A stretch of DNA of 64,000 bases from Octopus sinensis (GCF_006345805.1 NC_043010.1:42222001-42286000); one strand, 5' to 3'. Shown: positions 1-12,520, counted from the stretch's first letter. Notes: a model not told the origin generated them from the letters alone. Numbers and translations are program-made.

Positions 1-408
1 TTGTTTGTTAGAAATATGGCTTCGTAGATTACGTTCTGAAAAAGTAAAAGAATTATGAAATGTGCTCAACGAGAAGGATATACTTTATCTTAAAAAACGA
101 TTCTAACTTGGCATTTTATATTATTCGAATAAAGATATATTTCCAGCAATAGATTCGGATAGCTTTCTTGAAATAATAATGATTTATATAGCTACCTTTA
201 TTAACGAAACTGAAACATTGTTAAAATAGTAAACACAATAAGAAAGCAAAAACAGATCTTAATTGTTGAATTATGTGAAACAGTTGGATAATCACTGATG
301 AACATAAGAAGCTGCAAAGATATTACTATTTAACAGTGTCGATTCTTGAGGGCAAATGCGTAAATTGCAAGGTCGGTAATAGAATTATAGTAGTAGAAGG
401 TATAACAT

Positions 409-424
409 TTCTCTCTCTCTCATT

Positions 425-479
<55 letters not shown>

Positions 480-568
480 TACACACACATACTCACACAC
501 ACATGCTCGCGCGCTCTCTCTCTCCCACACCCACCCACCCACATGCACTCTCTCTCTCCCTCTCTCTG
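409..568. repeat. Compound (CT)n/(CA)n microsatellite
   Basis: Direct dinucleotide runs; source of the spurious ORFs at 326-569. Confidence 0.95.
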
Positions 569-1204
569 ACGTTAAAACGCGGAGAATTTAAAATTTGTCT
601 ATTAATCTTTCGTTACACACTGCAGAATGTTTAAATTTGCAATCATGTTAAATGAATGATGAAATATCAGAAGAAATTGCTGAGGTAGAGACAGAGACAG
701 AGCAAAGGAAAGAAGAGAGAAGCAGGATTAATAAAGCAGTCTTCGCATTCTGACAGCTTTCATCTTTAAAAAGATGGGAGATGGAAAGAAAGAAAGAAAG
801 AAAGGGCGGAGGAAAAGAGATAAAGAAAGTAAAGGGAACGAGAAAGAATAAACACGAAAAAGAGAATAAAAATAGTAGAGTCTCAGGTCAAAGTACCAAG
901 CAGCATAGTGTAAGGTTGAGAAAAAGAACCCGAGGTGAAACTGTCGGAAAATCGAATGCTGTGTGATTTAGAGGAAGTAACAAAATTTCTGAAATTAGAT
1001 ATTATTAAAAAAATTTTTAAACATATTTTTTAAAATATATTTTCTCAAAATTTATTTACTAGCCATCTTCCTTCCTTAGCCTTTTTCGCCTCTCCACCCC
1101 TCTTTCTCTCTCGCTCTCGCTCTCTCCCTTTTCTCCCTTTCCTTCACTATTATTCATTCGTTGTCCAACCTCTACTTGCATTCACAAATTTCAATATAGA
1201 TTCT

Positions 1205-1800
1205 ATTTCGTTTTGGGATTTGGTTTGCAAGGTTCTTTATGTGAGTTCATGTGTTGAAGCATATTCTGTTGTGTCTGGGGAGATTCATTCTCTTTTAGTG
1301 CCTTGTGAAGGCGCATGGCTCAGTGGTTAGAGCGTCGAGCTTACAATCGTGAGATTGTGAGCTCGAATCCCGGACCGGACTGCGTGTTGTGTTCTTGAGC
1401 AAGACACTTTATTTCACGTTGCTTCAGTTCACTCAGCTGTAGAAATGAGTTGCGACGTCACGAGTGCCAAGCTGTATTGGCCCCTTTGCCTTTCCCTTGG
1501 ATAACACTGGTGGCGAGGAGAGGGGAGGCCGGTATGCATGGGCGACTGCTGGTCTTCCATAAACAACCATGCCCGGATTTATGCATGGGAGGGTAACTTC
1601 CTAGGTGCAATCCCATGGTCAGTGTCGTGACCGAAGGGGGTCCCGGATCCCGGAATTTAATACACACACCGGTAAAATTTCCACTCATCTGCTTATTTAT
1701 TTTTCTAAAATATTTTCATAGCGTCTTGCAACCCTTTCAATAGTTGTTGACGCTGTCCGTTAGCCAAGCTGCGTTCTTTTTGTTCGTGCGCATGTGTGTG
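1205..1800 (+). repeat. Unclassified interspersed repeat, interrupted by a SINE at 1310-1642
   Basis: 1205-1302 and about 1654-1800 align colinearly with the uninterrupted copy at 35508-35756 (shared motifs gtgttgaagc-tattctgtt-tgtctgggga, accggtaaaatttccact, gcgtcttgcaacc). Confidence 0.8.
1310..1642 (+). mobile_element. tRNA-derived SINE
   Basis: Pol III A box tggctcagtgg and B-box-like gctcgaatccc in a tRNA-like head without an acceptor stem, followed by the body motif cttgagcaagacact. Confidence 0.85.
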
Positions 1801-2051
1801 TATGTATGTACGTATGTATGCATGCAGGCATGTATGTATGTATGTATGTATGTATGTATGCATGCATGTAACTGTGTGTATGCATGCATGTATGTATGTG
1901 TGCGTATGTACATCGGTTAGATAACATTATATATAAGGAAACCAGTAGTGCCTGTTCTAGATATAGAAGCAAAAGTTGGAATAGGATACAAAGACCTTGT
2001 GTCAAAGTAAACAGGGTGAACACGTGGTATACAACAGAAAAATATCAATGA

Positions 2052-2504
2052 GTGATGTTTGTAGAGGCCACAGGCCACGGAGAACTAGCTCGTAGATTTA
2101 GGAAAGCTCTGAAGGAGACCAAACTCAACATTAACATTGTTGAAAAGCCAGGGAACTGCATCAGATCACAACTATGTAGGAAGTACCCCTTCGAGAATAC
2201 CATATGCACCAATGCTAACAGCATGGTATGGAGGATTAGCCCTGGCATTAACTGTAGAACTAGAAATGTAGTCTTCATAGTCTACATCATAGGATCCATA
2301 GAAAGTACTTGTAAAGATATGAACATGACATACATAGGTGAGACATCTAGAAGCATTGCGGTAAGACAATATGACAACACTCCATCCTCTAGCAAAATAC
2401 CAAGGACCAACATGGTGACAACCTGGGTCAACTTGACACCTGCATTTTATCCAAGCATCCAAAGGATCCAACACTCAGACAAATACAAGAGTACGTCCTC
2501 ATAA
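2052..2504 (+). mobile_element. Penelope-like element relic, GIY-YIG endonuclease region
   Basis: ORF contains FVEAT..GELARRFRKALK, IVEKPG, NCRTRNVVFIV and YIGETSRSIAVR, matching the PLE C-terminal GIY-YIG pattern; degenerate 3' end. Confidence 0.8.
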
Positions 2505-2812
2505 ATGAAACATCCCCAGTACGAAATAGGTACTAAATATAGGTAGTAGATGTTCATAACCCCATACCCACAGTTTAAATTTATATACAAGTAGAATAGT
2601 TAGATGGCTGTTATCTAGATGTATGTACGTGTGTGTTTGTGTACACATCTTTATGTATATGCACATGTATATAGGCAAATGGATATGAAAGTAAACAGAT
2701 AGACACACAAACGGATAGGTACATAGATAATATGAACAGACAAGCACACATACACACATACACACATACACAAATGAAGACTGAAACACATGACCATATA
2801 CACACACACATT

Positions 2813-2890
<78 letters not shown>

Positions 2891-2893
2891 TAT

Positions 2894-3020
2894 CTGTGTC
2901 GAAGAGCGTAGGCTCGAAACATAAAATACTTTTTCTATTTCTATTCCTGAGCGCTATACTAATACATTTGTTTGTTTCTACTCCACCTGCTTTCGTCTTT
3001 CGTTTATTTTTGTAAACTTT
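2894..3020 (+). mobile_element. Short PLE-terminus-like element with decayed minimal hammerhead
   Basis: Homologous to the reverse complement of 4262-4393; retains gagc-gtag-gctc-GAAAC but the core reads ctgtgtcga; preceded by (TA)n. Confidence 0.7.
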
Positions 3021-3399
3021 CTCTTTTGTAAACATGCCCCAGCATGGCCACAGCTCATTAGCTGAAACTGGAAAAATCAAAATCAAATCAAAATCATATA
3101 TATATATATATAGTCCACTGTATTATCTTCTATACGGTTTTGGTGGCAACATCTCGGAATTTTCTTACTTTTTGTTCATATATATGCATACATGTGTGTG
3201 TGTGTGTGAAAAACATAGTGAGAAAATTCTGAGATATTGCCACCTATACTGTATAGAAGAATACAGTGAACTTTCTCCCTCTCCTCCCACGCCCCTCATT
3301 CTTTACTAAACTAACACGCCAAATATATCATAACACCCACATAAATGTCTTAATATGTGTACATGCGAGTGAGTGTATATGTATGAACGTGTACTTGAC

Positions 3400-3473
<74 letters not shown>

Positions 3474-3477
<4 letters not shown>

Positions 3478-3627
3478 AGTATATTTGCCACCTAAATGTG
3501 GTGGAGCCATGGGAGACGATGCTATTGTTGTTTAGAGGAAGACACCTCCTCCATTTTCTGGGGCTATAAACAGCAGTAGCATTGTCCCCTTTGGGTCCGC
3601 CACATTTAGGTTACAAATATACTTCAC
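3474..3627. mobile_element. Palindromic MITE (154 bp)
   Basis: Termini gtgaagtatatttg / caaatatacttcac plus inner cctaaatgtgg / ccacatttagg; related to the units at 54002-54640. Confidence 0.8.
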
Positions 3628-3671
3628 GATTCCGTGCTGCTGCTACTGTCGCTCAGAAATTTACTATTGCT

Positions 3672-3774
<103 letters not shown>

Positions 3775-4261
3775 AAGAGATATTTATAATAGTATCAAAT
3801 ACGATTATAATTAAAGGCACAGTCAGTATCATGTCTGTACACTGAAAATAGACGCTAATTCGTCGAACCGCTCTAAATCGTCACTTTTATAATACACACA
3901 TGTTGAAAGTGAGGGAGTAGACTGACAGAGATTCATAAAATACGATAGAGAGATTCGGATTGATTAAATTCTGGATTAGTTAGATAATTCTTCCTCTATC
4001 AGCAAAGCATACTGAGCGAAATAAATGAGACATTTATACAGACCCACAAAAAAAAAAGAAAACGCAACGCTGCGATCACATACAAATACCACAGATATAT
4101 ACGCATCCAATTTCGTGGTCTACTTCAACACGTGTGTATTTGCTTAGAGTAGCACGGAAGTGCCTATACTGTCCGGAAGTGGATAGAAAGTATTCAAATA
4201 TAATAATAAAGGATAAAATCAGTGGCCAGCATATGAATATATATATATATATATATATATA

Positions 4262-4393
4262 TAGGGAGAGTTTACGAAAGAAACAAAAGACGAAGACAGG
4301 TGGTGTACAAAACAAACAGATGTATTAGTATAACGCTCAGGAATAGAAAACGTCTTTTACGTTTCGAGCCTACGCTCTTCTACAGAAAGGGAC
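4262..4393 (-). mobile_element. Short element carrying a minimal type I hammerhead variant (4352-4393)
   Basis: Minus strand reads gtcccttt-CTGTAGA-a-gagc-gtag-gctc-GAAAC-GTA-aaagac: 4-bp stem II, bulged 6-bp stem I, A6 replaced by U, extra A after A9. Flanked by (TA)n. Confidence 0.7.
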
Positions 4394-4594
4394 ATATACA
4401 TATATACTTGGGGTGCGTTCGCAAACGCACACACGTGTATATCTGCATATATATATATATATATATTCACATATATATATATATATGTATATACATACAG
4501 ACTTGCATACATACATGCATACATATATATATATATATATATATATGTAGGCAGTCATCAAACAGTTTTTGTTCGTCTTGAGGCTGAAAGAGGC

Positions 4595-4691
4595 TCCTTA
4601 TCTTTCCTGATGAGAAGATGGCATAATGCACCCTTTATTCCTTCGGAATTAAGAGTATGCCGTCTTCGAAACATGTGTCGAGAGTAAAGGA
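4595..4691 (+). ncRNA. Type I hammerhead ribozyme with canonical core
   Basis: CTGATGA 4607-4613; 12-bp stem II 4614-4625/4656-4667 (one G-U); GAAAC 4668-4672; loop atgt (palindrome acatgt); GTC 4677-4679; stem I 4595-4606/4680-4691 = 5 bp + 2x2 internal loop + 5 bp. Confidence 0.9.
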
Positions 4692-4726
4692 ATTTTGTTA
4701 AAATCTTCGTTCGACTCCATTCTTTC

Positions 4727-4761
<35 letters not shown>

Positions 4762-5358
4762 AATATGTGTTAGATTTAATATTATATATAGTTTCCAGAG
4801 AATGTTTAATGGATACTATCAGTTTAGCGTCTGTAGATGTATGTTATACTTATATGATTTATCAATATTACATTATTTTCTCCGAAGCGATACGTCCATG
4901 ATAAATAATTATACTGACAATCGTAAAAGTTTGTTGTGTTATATCCAATAAAATATCTTTCTTATTTGTTTCTTTCCTGATATGAATAGAATGGTGTTAA
5001 GTTGAAAATATCAACAGAATAAAGACGCGTCCACAAGAATTATGTTTGATGCCAAAAATATATATATATAAATAAAAAATAAAGGAACAAATGGAATAAA
5101 AAATTACCAGTTTGCATCTGTATGGTAACTATGTACTCCTATCCAGATTATGGAAAGAAAATTGGGGAGACGTGGTTATATTAAAATTTATATTTCTATC
5201 AATTATTGGCAAGTCCAAAAGAAATCGAAATGGCGTAATCTAGTAGTCCTGGCGATTGTTCTGGTGTGCTTTTATGTACCAAAAATCTAGATGAGGTTTT
5301 TTAACTCGTGGTAAATATCGCAATACTTGTGTTTTACCTTTTGGTATTAAGATTGCTT

Positions 5359-5592
5359 AAGGCGGCGAGCTGGCAGAAACGTTAGCACGTCGGGCGAAAT
5401 GCTTAGCGGTATTTCGGCTGCCGTTACGTCGGGAGTTCAAATTCTGCCGAGGTCGACTTTGCCTTTCATCCTTTTGGGGTCGATAAATTAAGTACCAGTT
5501 ACGCACTGGGATCGATATAATCGACTTAATCCGTTTGTCTGTCCTTGTTTGTCCTCTCTGTGTTTTAGCCCCTTGTGGGTAGTAAAGAAATA
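5359..5592 (+). mobile_element. SINE family A (ggcggcgagctggcag head), full monomer with TSD
   Basis: B-box gttcaaatt; 16-bp direct repeat ggtattaagattgctt at 5343-5358 and 5593-5608; many homologous copies in the window. Confidence 0.9.
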
Positions 5593-5687
5593 GGTATTAA
5601 GATTGCTTGGGTCGTTCTCTCTATATTTACTTATGTTTAAAGTGTTAGGCCAGTGTTGAACAGTAAATGCCTAAAACACATGAATGC

Positions 5688-6118
5688 GATCTTTTCGGTT
5701 TGAACGGCAGTTTTTTCTAGCGGTGTCATATGAAATTGTCACCCATAATTATGACCCTAGTATCGATCTATTACATTTCAATCTGTATTAGGTTTAGGGT
5801 TAGTTAGCGTTAGGGTTAGAGTGGGGGGAAGGGTATCCTTTTTTCTTCACAAATGTAAATAAAACCAATCTGTTTCTTAAACGAGGGACATATTCATACG
5901 GCACAGAATGTTTTTTACCTCAATAGACGCCAGTGATTGGTTGAAATTGCAGAAATTGAAGAAAAAAAACAACAAATATCTTACAAACTATAGAATCTTC
6001 TCAATAAAGCCAAAAGAAAATTATGTTTCATAAACACATTCTACCAGTATACGAAGTTTAAAATTTTTTAATTACCTAGAAATTATGTTAGAAACTGCCG
6101 TTCAAACCGAAAAGATCC
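5688..6118. mobile_element. MITE with 26-bp TIRs and 8-9 bp TSD (hAT- or Mutator-type), containing TTAGGG-like repeats
   Basis: gatcttttcggtttgaacggcagttt (5688-5713) is the exact reverse complement of 6092-6117; catgaatgc flanks both ends (5679-5687, 6119-6127). Confidence 0.9.
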
Positions 6119-7389
6119 CATGAATGCTAGTAACGAATGTTAATCATTATCAACTTATGCGACCAGATATTTGCTTGCTCGAGGAACAAACTTGCCACGT
6201 ATTACCAAGTACAATAAACATCAAAATTTAATTTAACAAAATTAGAGAATGGACTTTCAAGTCAGCTTTGAAAAACCAAGGTTCGTAAGGGGGAAAGAAG
6301 TAATTAATTCTTAATATCAACTGAGGTAGCTCAATGTTGTAAACCTTGTGATATGTTGCGGACAAAATTAGGTACTAAAGTGATTTCAACCCTTATTTAT
6401 CTTTTTCCCCTTTTCAACGACCCATTGAAAGATAGAGATTGTGTACCAATTTATTAAAAAAAGATTATAATACATATCGACTCGCCAAAATAAATTTCCC
6501 TTTTATGTTTTTTGAAGTGAGTAAATAGATGTCATCTCAATCGGTTATATCGTCTCCTTGTAATTAGTCACAGAAAATCAATATTTAATGATGATGTCTG
6601 TATTACCCTCCCTCATCGACAGTTACACATTTAGTTGAAATACACAGCAAATATAGAGAGTTGTAATTTCCATTTCAAACTGAATTTTATGTACAATTTA
6701 TTCTTGTATACATCATTGGGGCTCCTCTGGCATTACAGCATGTCAACCAAGCTTGTTAAGTTCATAAAAACCCATACGATAAAATTACGTGCAGTGTGTA
6801 ATATAAATTGATTTTGAAAGAGATTTGGTTTGAAATCTTAGTTTGAAACAAGTACTGTTACATTTAGGGAGAGTCACATTTGCCAATAATTACGCACAAA
6901 TATTGACTAACATCACTTTAGTTAATTGGTTATAATTATCAAAATCATTCATCATATTTCATCAATACATCACTTTTATGTGATGATATGTAATAGTTAC
7001 AAAATTTATCAATTATTCCATGACGGATTATGTAATAATTATAAGAAAGTCTCAGTTTGTTCTATGCAACAAAAGAATTATTAGTCGCAAACAAACGCAT
7101 TTACTGTCTGCGAAATATACGTAAATTATTTGCTTATATATTCATATGTAGTACTTATATTTCTAAGTATAATCAAATTAGCGTCAGCAGGAATGTGTTA
7201 AGAACTTAGCTTCACACCCATCATTTCCGAGTTCGATCCCATTGCTCATTAGTTTAGATATTGACTTATACAGACTTCTACCATTTTAATTCACAAGCTG
7301 TTACCTATATCTTGCGAATGAAATTTGGTAAGCGAAAACTCTGTAGAATCTCGTCATATATATTATATTAACGTCTGTATATTCATTTA

Positions 7390-7601
7390 TTCTTTTATTC
7401 TTTTACTTGTTTCGGTCATTTGATAGCGGCCATGCTGGAGCACCACCTTTAGTCGAACAAATCGACCCCAGGTCTTATTGTTTGTAAGCCCAGTACTTAT
7501 TCTTTGGGTCCCTTTTTCCGAAGCGCTAGATTACGGGGATGTAAACACACCAACATCGGTTGTCAAACGATGCTGGGGGAACAAACACAGGCACATAAAA
7601 T

Positions 7602-7657
<56 letters not shown>

Positions 7658-7820
7658 GATGAACTTCTTTCAGTTTCCGTCTGCCAAATCCACTCACAAG
7701 GCTTTGGTCAGCCCGTGACTACAGTATAAAACACTTGTCCAATGTGCCACAGAGTGGGACTGAACCCGGAACCCTGAGGTTGGAAAACAAGCCTCTTACC
7801 ACACATCCACTCCTGCGGCT
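7390..7820 (-). mobile_element. SINE family B (ggcgcaggagtggctgtgtggtaag head)
   Basis: Reverse complement aligns with the full copy at 38593-39066; internal (CA)/(TA) tract. Confidence 0.9.
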
Positions 7821-7910
7821 ATATATATAATACACCTACTTGTTGTTCTACACCTGCCTCCGTCTTTTGTTTTTTTGGGGGAAATTTAAACTATATAAAG
7901 ATATATATAG

Positions 7911-7949
<39 letters not shown>

Positions 7950-8152
7950 GGCGCCTTAGAAACCGGTAAAAAATTGCTGTTCGCAAATTTCGACATGCCA
8001 AGATACCACATCATTAGTAATGTTAAAATCCACCTCACCTGTGACATCTCTAATATCAGAACCGATTTAATTTTTACTGAAAGGGAAAGAGGGAAAGATT
8101 CATTTATATATCCACCAGGAAAGGAAAATCAAAATCAATATTTCTATTTTGG

Positions 8153-8262
8153 AAGGCGATCAGCTGGCAGAATAGTTTGCACGCTGGTAAAATGCTTAGC
8201 AGCCTTTCATCTGTCTTTACGTTACGAGTTCAAATTTCGCCAAGGTCGGCTTCACTTCTCAG
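8153..8262 (+). mobile_element. SINE family A, 5' part only
   Basis: Homology to 5359-5460. Confidence 0.75.
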
Positions 8263-8280
8263 GAGGCTAAAATAAAATAT

Positions 8281-8363
8281 GTACCACTTAAACAACCAAT
8301 ATTTTTATTTCGACTTATATATAATACAAGTCGAAATAAAAATATTGGTTTTTCAAGTGGTAC
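8281..8363. repeat. Near-perfect inverted repeat (36-bp arms, 11-nt loop)
   Basis: gtaccacttaaacaaccaatatttttatttcgactt pairs with aagtcgaaataaaaatattggtttttcaagtggtac. Confidence 0.9.
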
Positions 8364-8558
8364 AAATGACTTAACTTTCTCACAATACTTCGAATCTGAA
8401 ATCAAAATGACATCAACGTAAGTGAAACATCAATATTCTTACACTTAACTAGAATTTCTAATACCTTGTTTAAAACGAGAATGTAAATTCTAGTTAAGGG
8501 ATCGAATGTAGTTAGGCTGGAAATAATGAAATGAGTATCTAATGAGAAATTAATTTAA

Positions 8559-10030
8559 CCCTAATAACAGGCAGTATTCGAAGTAAACTTAGTGTAAAAG
8601 AATTATATTTAATAGGCATCAATTCAAGTATGCTACATCAATTTTAATGAATATGGAATACAAATTAATAACATTGGTTGTTTAGGAGCTTTCTGCTACA
8701 AGAGATGTAGAGTCTTATAAATGAAACCAATTAACGTTAACCGAATCAATACATGCAATGAAATTAGTAAATTAATTATTCTTAATTATCTAACCGATTT
8801 ACTAAACAGATAGTCGTAGTTCTATTAAGCTCACTTTTGTTAACCACTAACGGAATAACAGTAGAATTACTTGTGATTGGCTCCTGTTTTATTGAGTTAT
8901 ACCATTGTATCAAATTAATATGTGATGTTGTCAAGTCATATATTTTTTTCTTGTTTCTTGAAAACAAATGAGTGAATAGTTTGATATCATGCTAGACTAA
9001 TTAATATGATAATATCGTAATGATTAGACTAATCAATATGTTTATAAATTTCGTGAATTCGATGATGATTGGTGAGCAGATACACTACTCATTGGTAAGG
9101 TTAATTTTTTTATAAACCGAGCAAATCTATATCTAACCGAATTAATATTTCTCAATGTTGCTTGGCCTGAGAGAACAGTAACCCAAATATCACTTTGTCT
9201 GCAGGAAACTGCAATTAAAAATAGTGTCGGTATTTGGAAATGCAATGTAGAAGCTTTTGTGCGAGGAACAAAATTTAGAACGGACATTCTATCGAAAGAC
9301 TGCTTGTTTACACCATAAGCGTTTATATCTGTTGCTTATTCAGCAAATTACTTCGAGTTTTTTTCTTGCTTCGATTTTCAAGTATCATGGTAAGTGATTC
9401 CTCAAGTGATGGTTTAAAATTCACACACTTTATTAATGGTAATAAGGGAAATAGATATTGGACTTGGATAAGATACAGATACTTCAGCGTCATCTGTATC
9501 CACAAATAATCTAAATGATTCTAACTGGAATTTATGTCGGATTCGTCGAGTAAGCGTAAAGTGTTTACGTAGTTGATAATTGCATCAATGCTTTTGCCAG
9601 TTATATCGGCCTTACAAAATCTTTGAACCTAGGAGCAAAGCCCGCTGAGTATTTTCTTCAACTTTTTCCTGAAGAAATGTTTGTCATGATTGGCGATATG
9701 CGAACAAGGACAACGGGGCGAAGCCAACTTCAATATATAAACAGAAAAGATAAAGCTATACATTGGAATGATTTTCTGATGGAAGTTGTGCAGCTTCCAG
9801 TTTACAGAGATACTGTAATCAGTTCTGTGACAGAAAATCAATGTTCAAGAATCGATATCTTGTAAATAAGTGTGAAAACACCTTTTTGCAATCAACTCAC
9901 TTGAGCAGGTATAAATCACCAACAATTATTACATCCTATCATCAAATTTTATCTAGATCCATGCAATAAATACAGTTATGATTTTTATACTGGACTCACA
10001 GCATTTTCACCAGAATATTGCAGTGATTAT
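8559..10030 (+). mobile_element. Degenerate piggyBac-like element
   Basis: TTAA|CCC at 8555-8561, acidic/serine MVSDSSSDG start at about 9386, and PAEYFLQLFPEEMFVMI, which resembles the conserved N-terminal block of piggyBac transposases; many stops and frameshifts; no right end found. Confidence 0.45.
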
Positions 10031-10032
10031 TA

Positions 10033-10203
10033 AGACGGCGAGCTGACAGAATCGTTAGCTCACCGGGCTAAATGCTTAGCGGCATTTCGTCCGTCTTTAC
10101 GTTCTGGGTTCAAATTTCGCTGAGGTCAATAAAGTAAGTACCAGTCGAGCGTTGGAGTCGATTTAATCGACTTAACTCCTCCTCCAAAATTGCTGGCCTT
10201 GTG
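10033..10203 (+). mobile_element. SINE family A variant
   Basis: Head ggcgagctgacagaatcgttagc, B box gttcaaattt, tail ccaaaattgctggccttgtg. Confidence 0.8.
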
Positions 10204-10699
10204 GTTATAAATATTTCGGGCTGCCAAGCTTTTGTCGACCCTTCAACACAGAGAACTAAATTCTAGGCAGTACTTCTGTCAGTATTATTTCACTTTCACA
10301 CAAAGGTTTCTGAATCTTCGTAAAAACTTTAGCTTTTTTTTTTTTGTTTCGCTGTTCATTGTCTCTCATGCAAGCTTCACATTTTATCCTCTCACCTTGC
10401 CACACATTTCCAAAGCTAAATATTACTGCTTTCCTAGTTTGCTTCGTACTTTCTCACTAGGACAGGCCATATCAAATAATCTTTTTGAGGTCATTCACAA
10501 AAGTTATATTTAGTGTGTTAGTAGTAGTAGTTTTACACAGTTTATTTTCGTCAGTCACATATGCAATTGCTATCTTTCACAAATTCAGACCTATAACTAT
10601 TTTTTAATCAATCCTCCTTACTTTCCTAAAACTACTTCAATGCGTTTTTATGCCTTCTAACGTATTTTACATTCACATGGCAAATTACGAAATTCTTTC

Positions 10700-11400
10700 C
10701 TGATTTTCTTTCAAAGCTTACACATATTTGATAGAATTTCATTCAGGTCACTTTCTCCCCTACTCATGCATCTACTGTCTGTGCCTTTGTGTGTTTAGGA
10801 TGAAACAACTTTTCCAAATACCCTTGTTACAAAACATTTATGATATTCCTTTATCTTTACTCTCAATGTCTTAATTCTGTAAAGTGCTATCGTTATTATA
10901 CTTAAGTTTCAGTTCCTCATAGCTTTCTAAAGATTCCAATCAATTTCCATCTATGTGCCATCCATTTATTTTGATCACTTAATCATTAAAAGTCATCTCT
11001 CCTTTGTCACTGAGCATTGCATCTTACCTGATATGCAGTATTATCTCCAATGTACACAGCCATATATATCATATCATTCTAACTTTTATTTTCTGGTAAG
11101 CAGATTTCATAATCGTGAGAACTTTCCATTCAAATTTTCTTCTAATGAATACTATTACATAATTGATTCTTAAGTTGAACCAGATATTTTCTCTTGAAAT
11201 TCCCATAATGATTCCATCTACAAGGATTCCTGAATGGAACCAAATTCACCACCTACCGATCTGTTGGGTTTAATTTGTAGTTTAGGGTTTTCACTAAAAT
11301 ATAGACAAATATATTTCACCAGAGTTTTCATTTAGGACTTAATTTCATCTAGATTTCCTTAGATAGGTTTTTCACCCTGCGCTAGATAAAACGGCCTTAG
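10700..11400 (-). mobile_element. Possible highly decayed retroviral-type integrase relic (Gypsy or Ginger)
   Basis: Minus-strand fragments VVNLVPF..GNHY, MLSDKGE and HKGTDSRC occur in DDE-integrase order, but the spacing is longer than expected and the frames are broken. Confidence 0.25.
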
Positions 11401-11442
11401 AATTCATTGAAAATACTTTCAGATGCACCATTTGTCTTACTA

Positions 11443-11482
11443 CAACTACTGCTACTACAACTACTACTACTACTACTACTAC

Positions 11483-11537
<55 letters not shown>
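11443..11537. repeat. (ACT)n to (AAT)n trinucleotide microsatellite
   Basis: Direct observation. Confidence 0.95.
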
Positions 11538-11539
<2 letters not shown>

Positions 11540-12422
11540 CGTAATGGGATGGCAGAATGTTATGTGCCTTATGGAATTTAGTAACATCCTTTTTCTAACT
11601 TCAAATCCCGTTAGATCGACTTACGTTTTCTTCACTCCAGGCTCGATATAAATACCAGTCATTTATTGGGTTTGTTAGTGGACAGGTACTCCACCAATAT
11701 TCACAGTTCCTTAAAATAATTCTGCCACGAAGAAAATCCTTTTTCTAAATAGCGCTTATGGAAAACTTTGGCCCCCATTTTTGAAAAATACTCTGTTTGT
11801 GTCGTACATGCACTACAACAGTGACCACCAACGTAGGCACCAAAGAAGGAATTCTCTTACATATATGTGAAATGTTTTGGCCATGATTTAAATATAATAA
11901 ACAATTGACAACAGGATATAAATACTAGGAACCATAGTCAATAATTGTTGTTCTCAGATTTTAAGATTCTCAACGCTGCATTTGGGTCATGTTGCCCACC
12001 ATCTATTTATTAATACTAAACATTTAAAACAAAATTATTAAATTTAGTATCAGCCAGCGTTAGCATAGTTCTTTAATGTGTCAGACTTGACAATGCAGAT
12101 AGATTTAGTAAGTTTTTCCATTGTTAATGTTAATATAGTCTTTATTATTATTTTGTTAGTAAATGTCTATTTACAATTTTCATTTCAAGTACATTATTTT
12201 GTAGTCTCAACTTCTCTTGTACAACGTTTAACCTTTATCAGAATGCAGCCTGGTAGCATTGCTTCAAGCATAATTCAGTATTATTATTACTGAAGTTGAC
12301 TTCGTAGTAAATATATGGTTCTAGCAGGAAATTGACTGCACTGATCAAACAGTGGCCACCTTCTAAACGATAACTGATCGATAAAGGGATAATTGAAATC
12401 TGGCTAACTTTATTGCTTTCAG

Positions 12423-12520
12423 AATATATTGAATAGGAATCTTAGTAAACGCCACACCAGAAAATAGAGAATTTTTGTATATTGAACCTGTTACTAATGA
12501 TGATATTTCGAATGAGATAG
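12423..12520 (+). other. Candidate 98-nt exon (non-coding or poison) of a + strand host gene
   Basis: ggctaac branch motif + tttattgctttcAG acceptor (AG 12421-12422); donor TAG|GTATGG at 12520; all three frames contain stops. Confidence 0.35.

Noticed and set aside
1310-1380. tRNA genes at SINE heads (also 37982 and 44563)
   Set aside because: A and B boxes are present, but there is no acceptor stem and each continues into a SINE body, two with TSDs.
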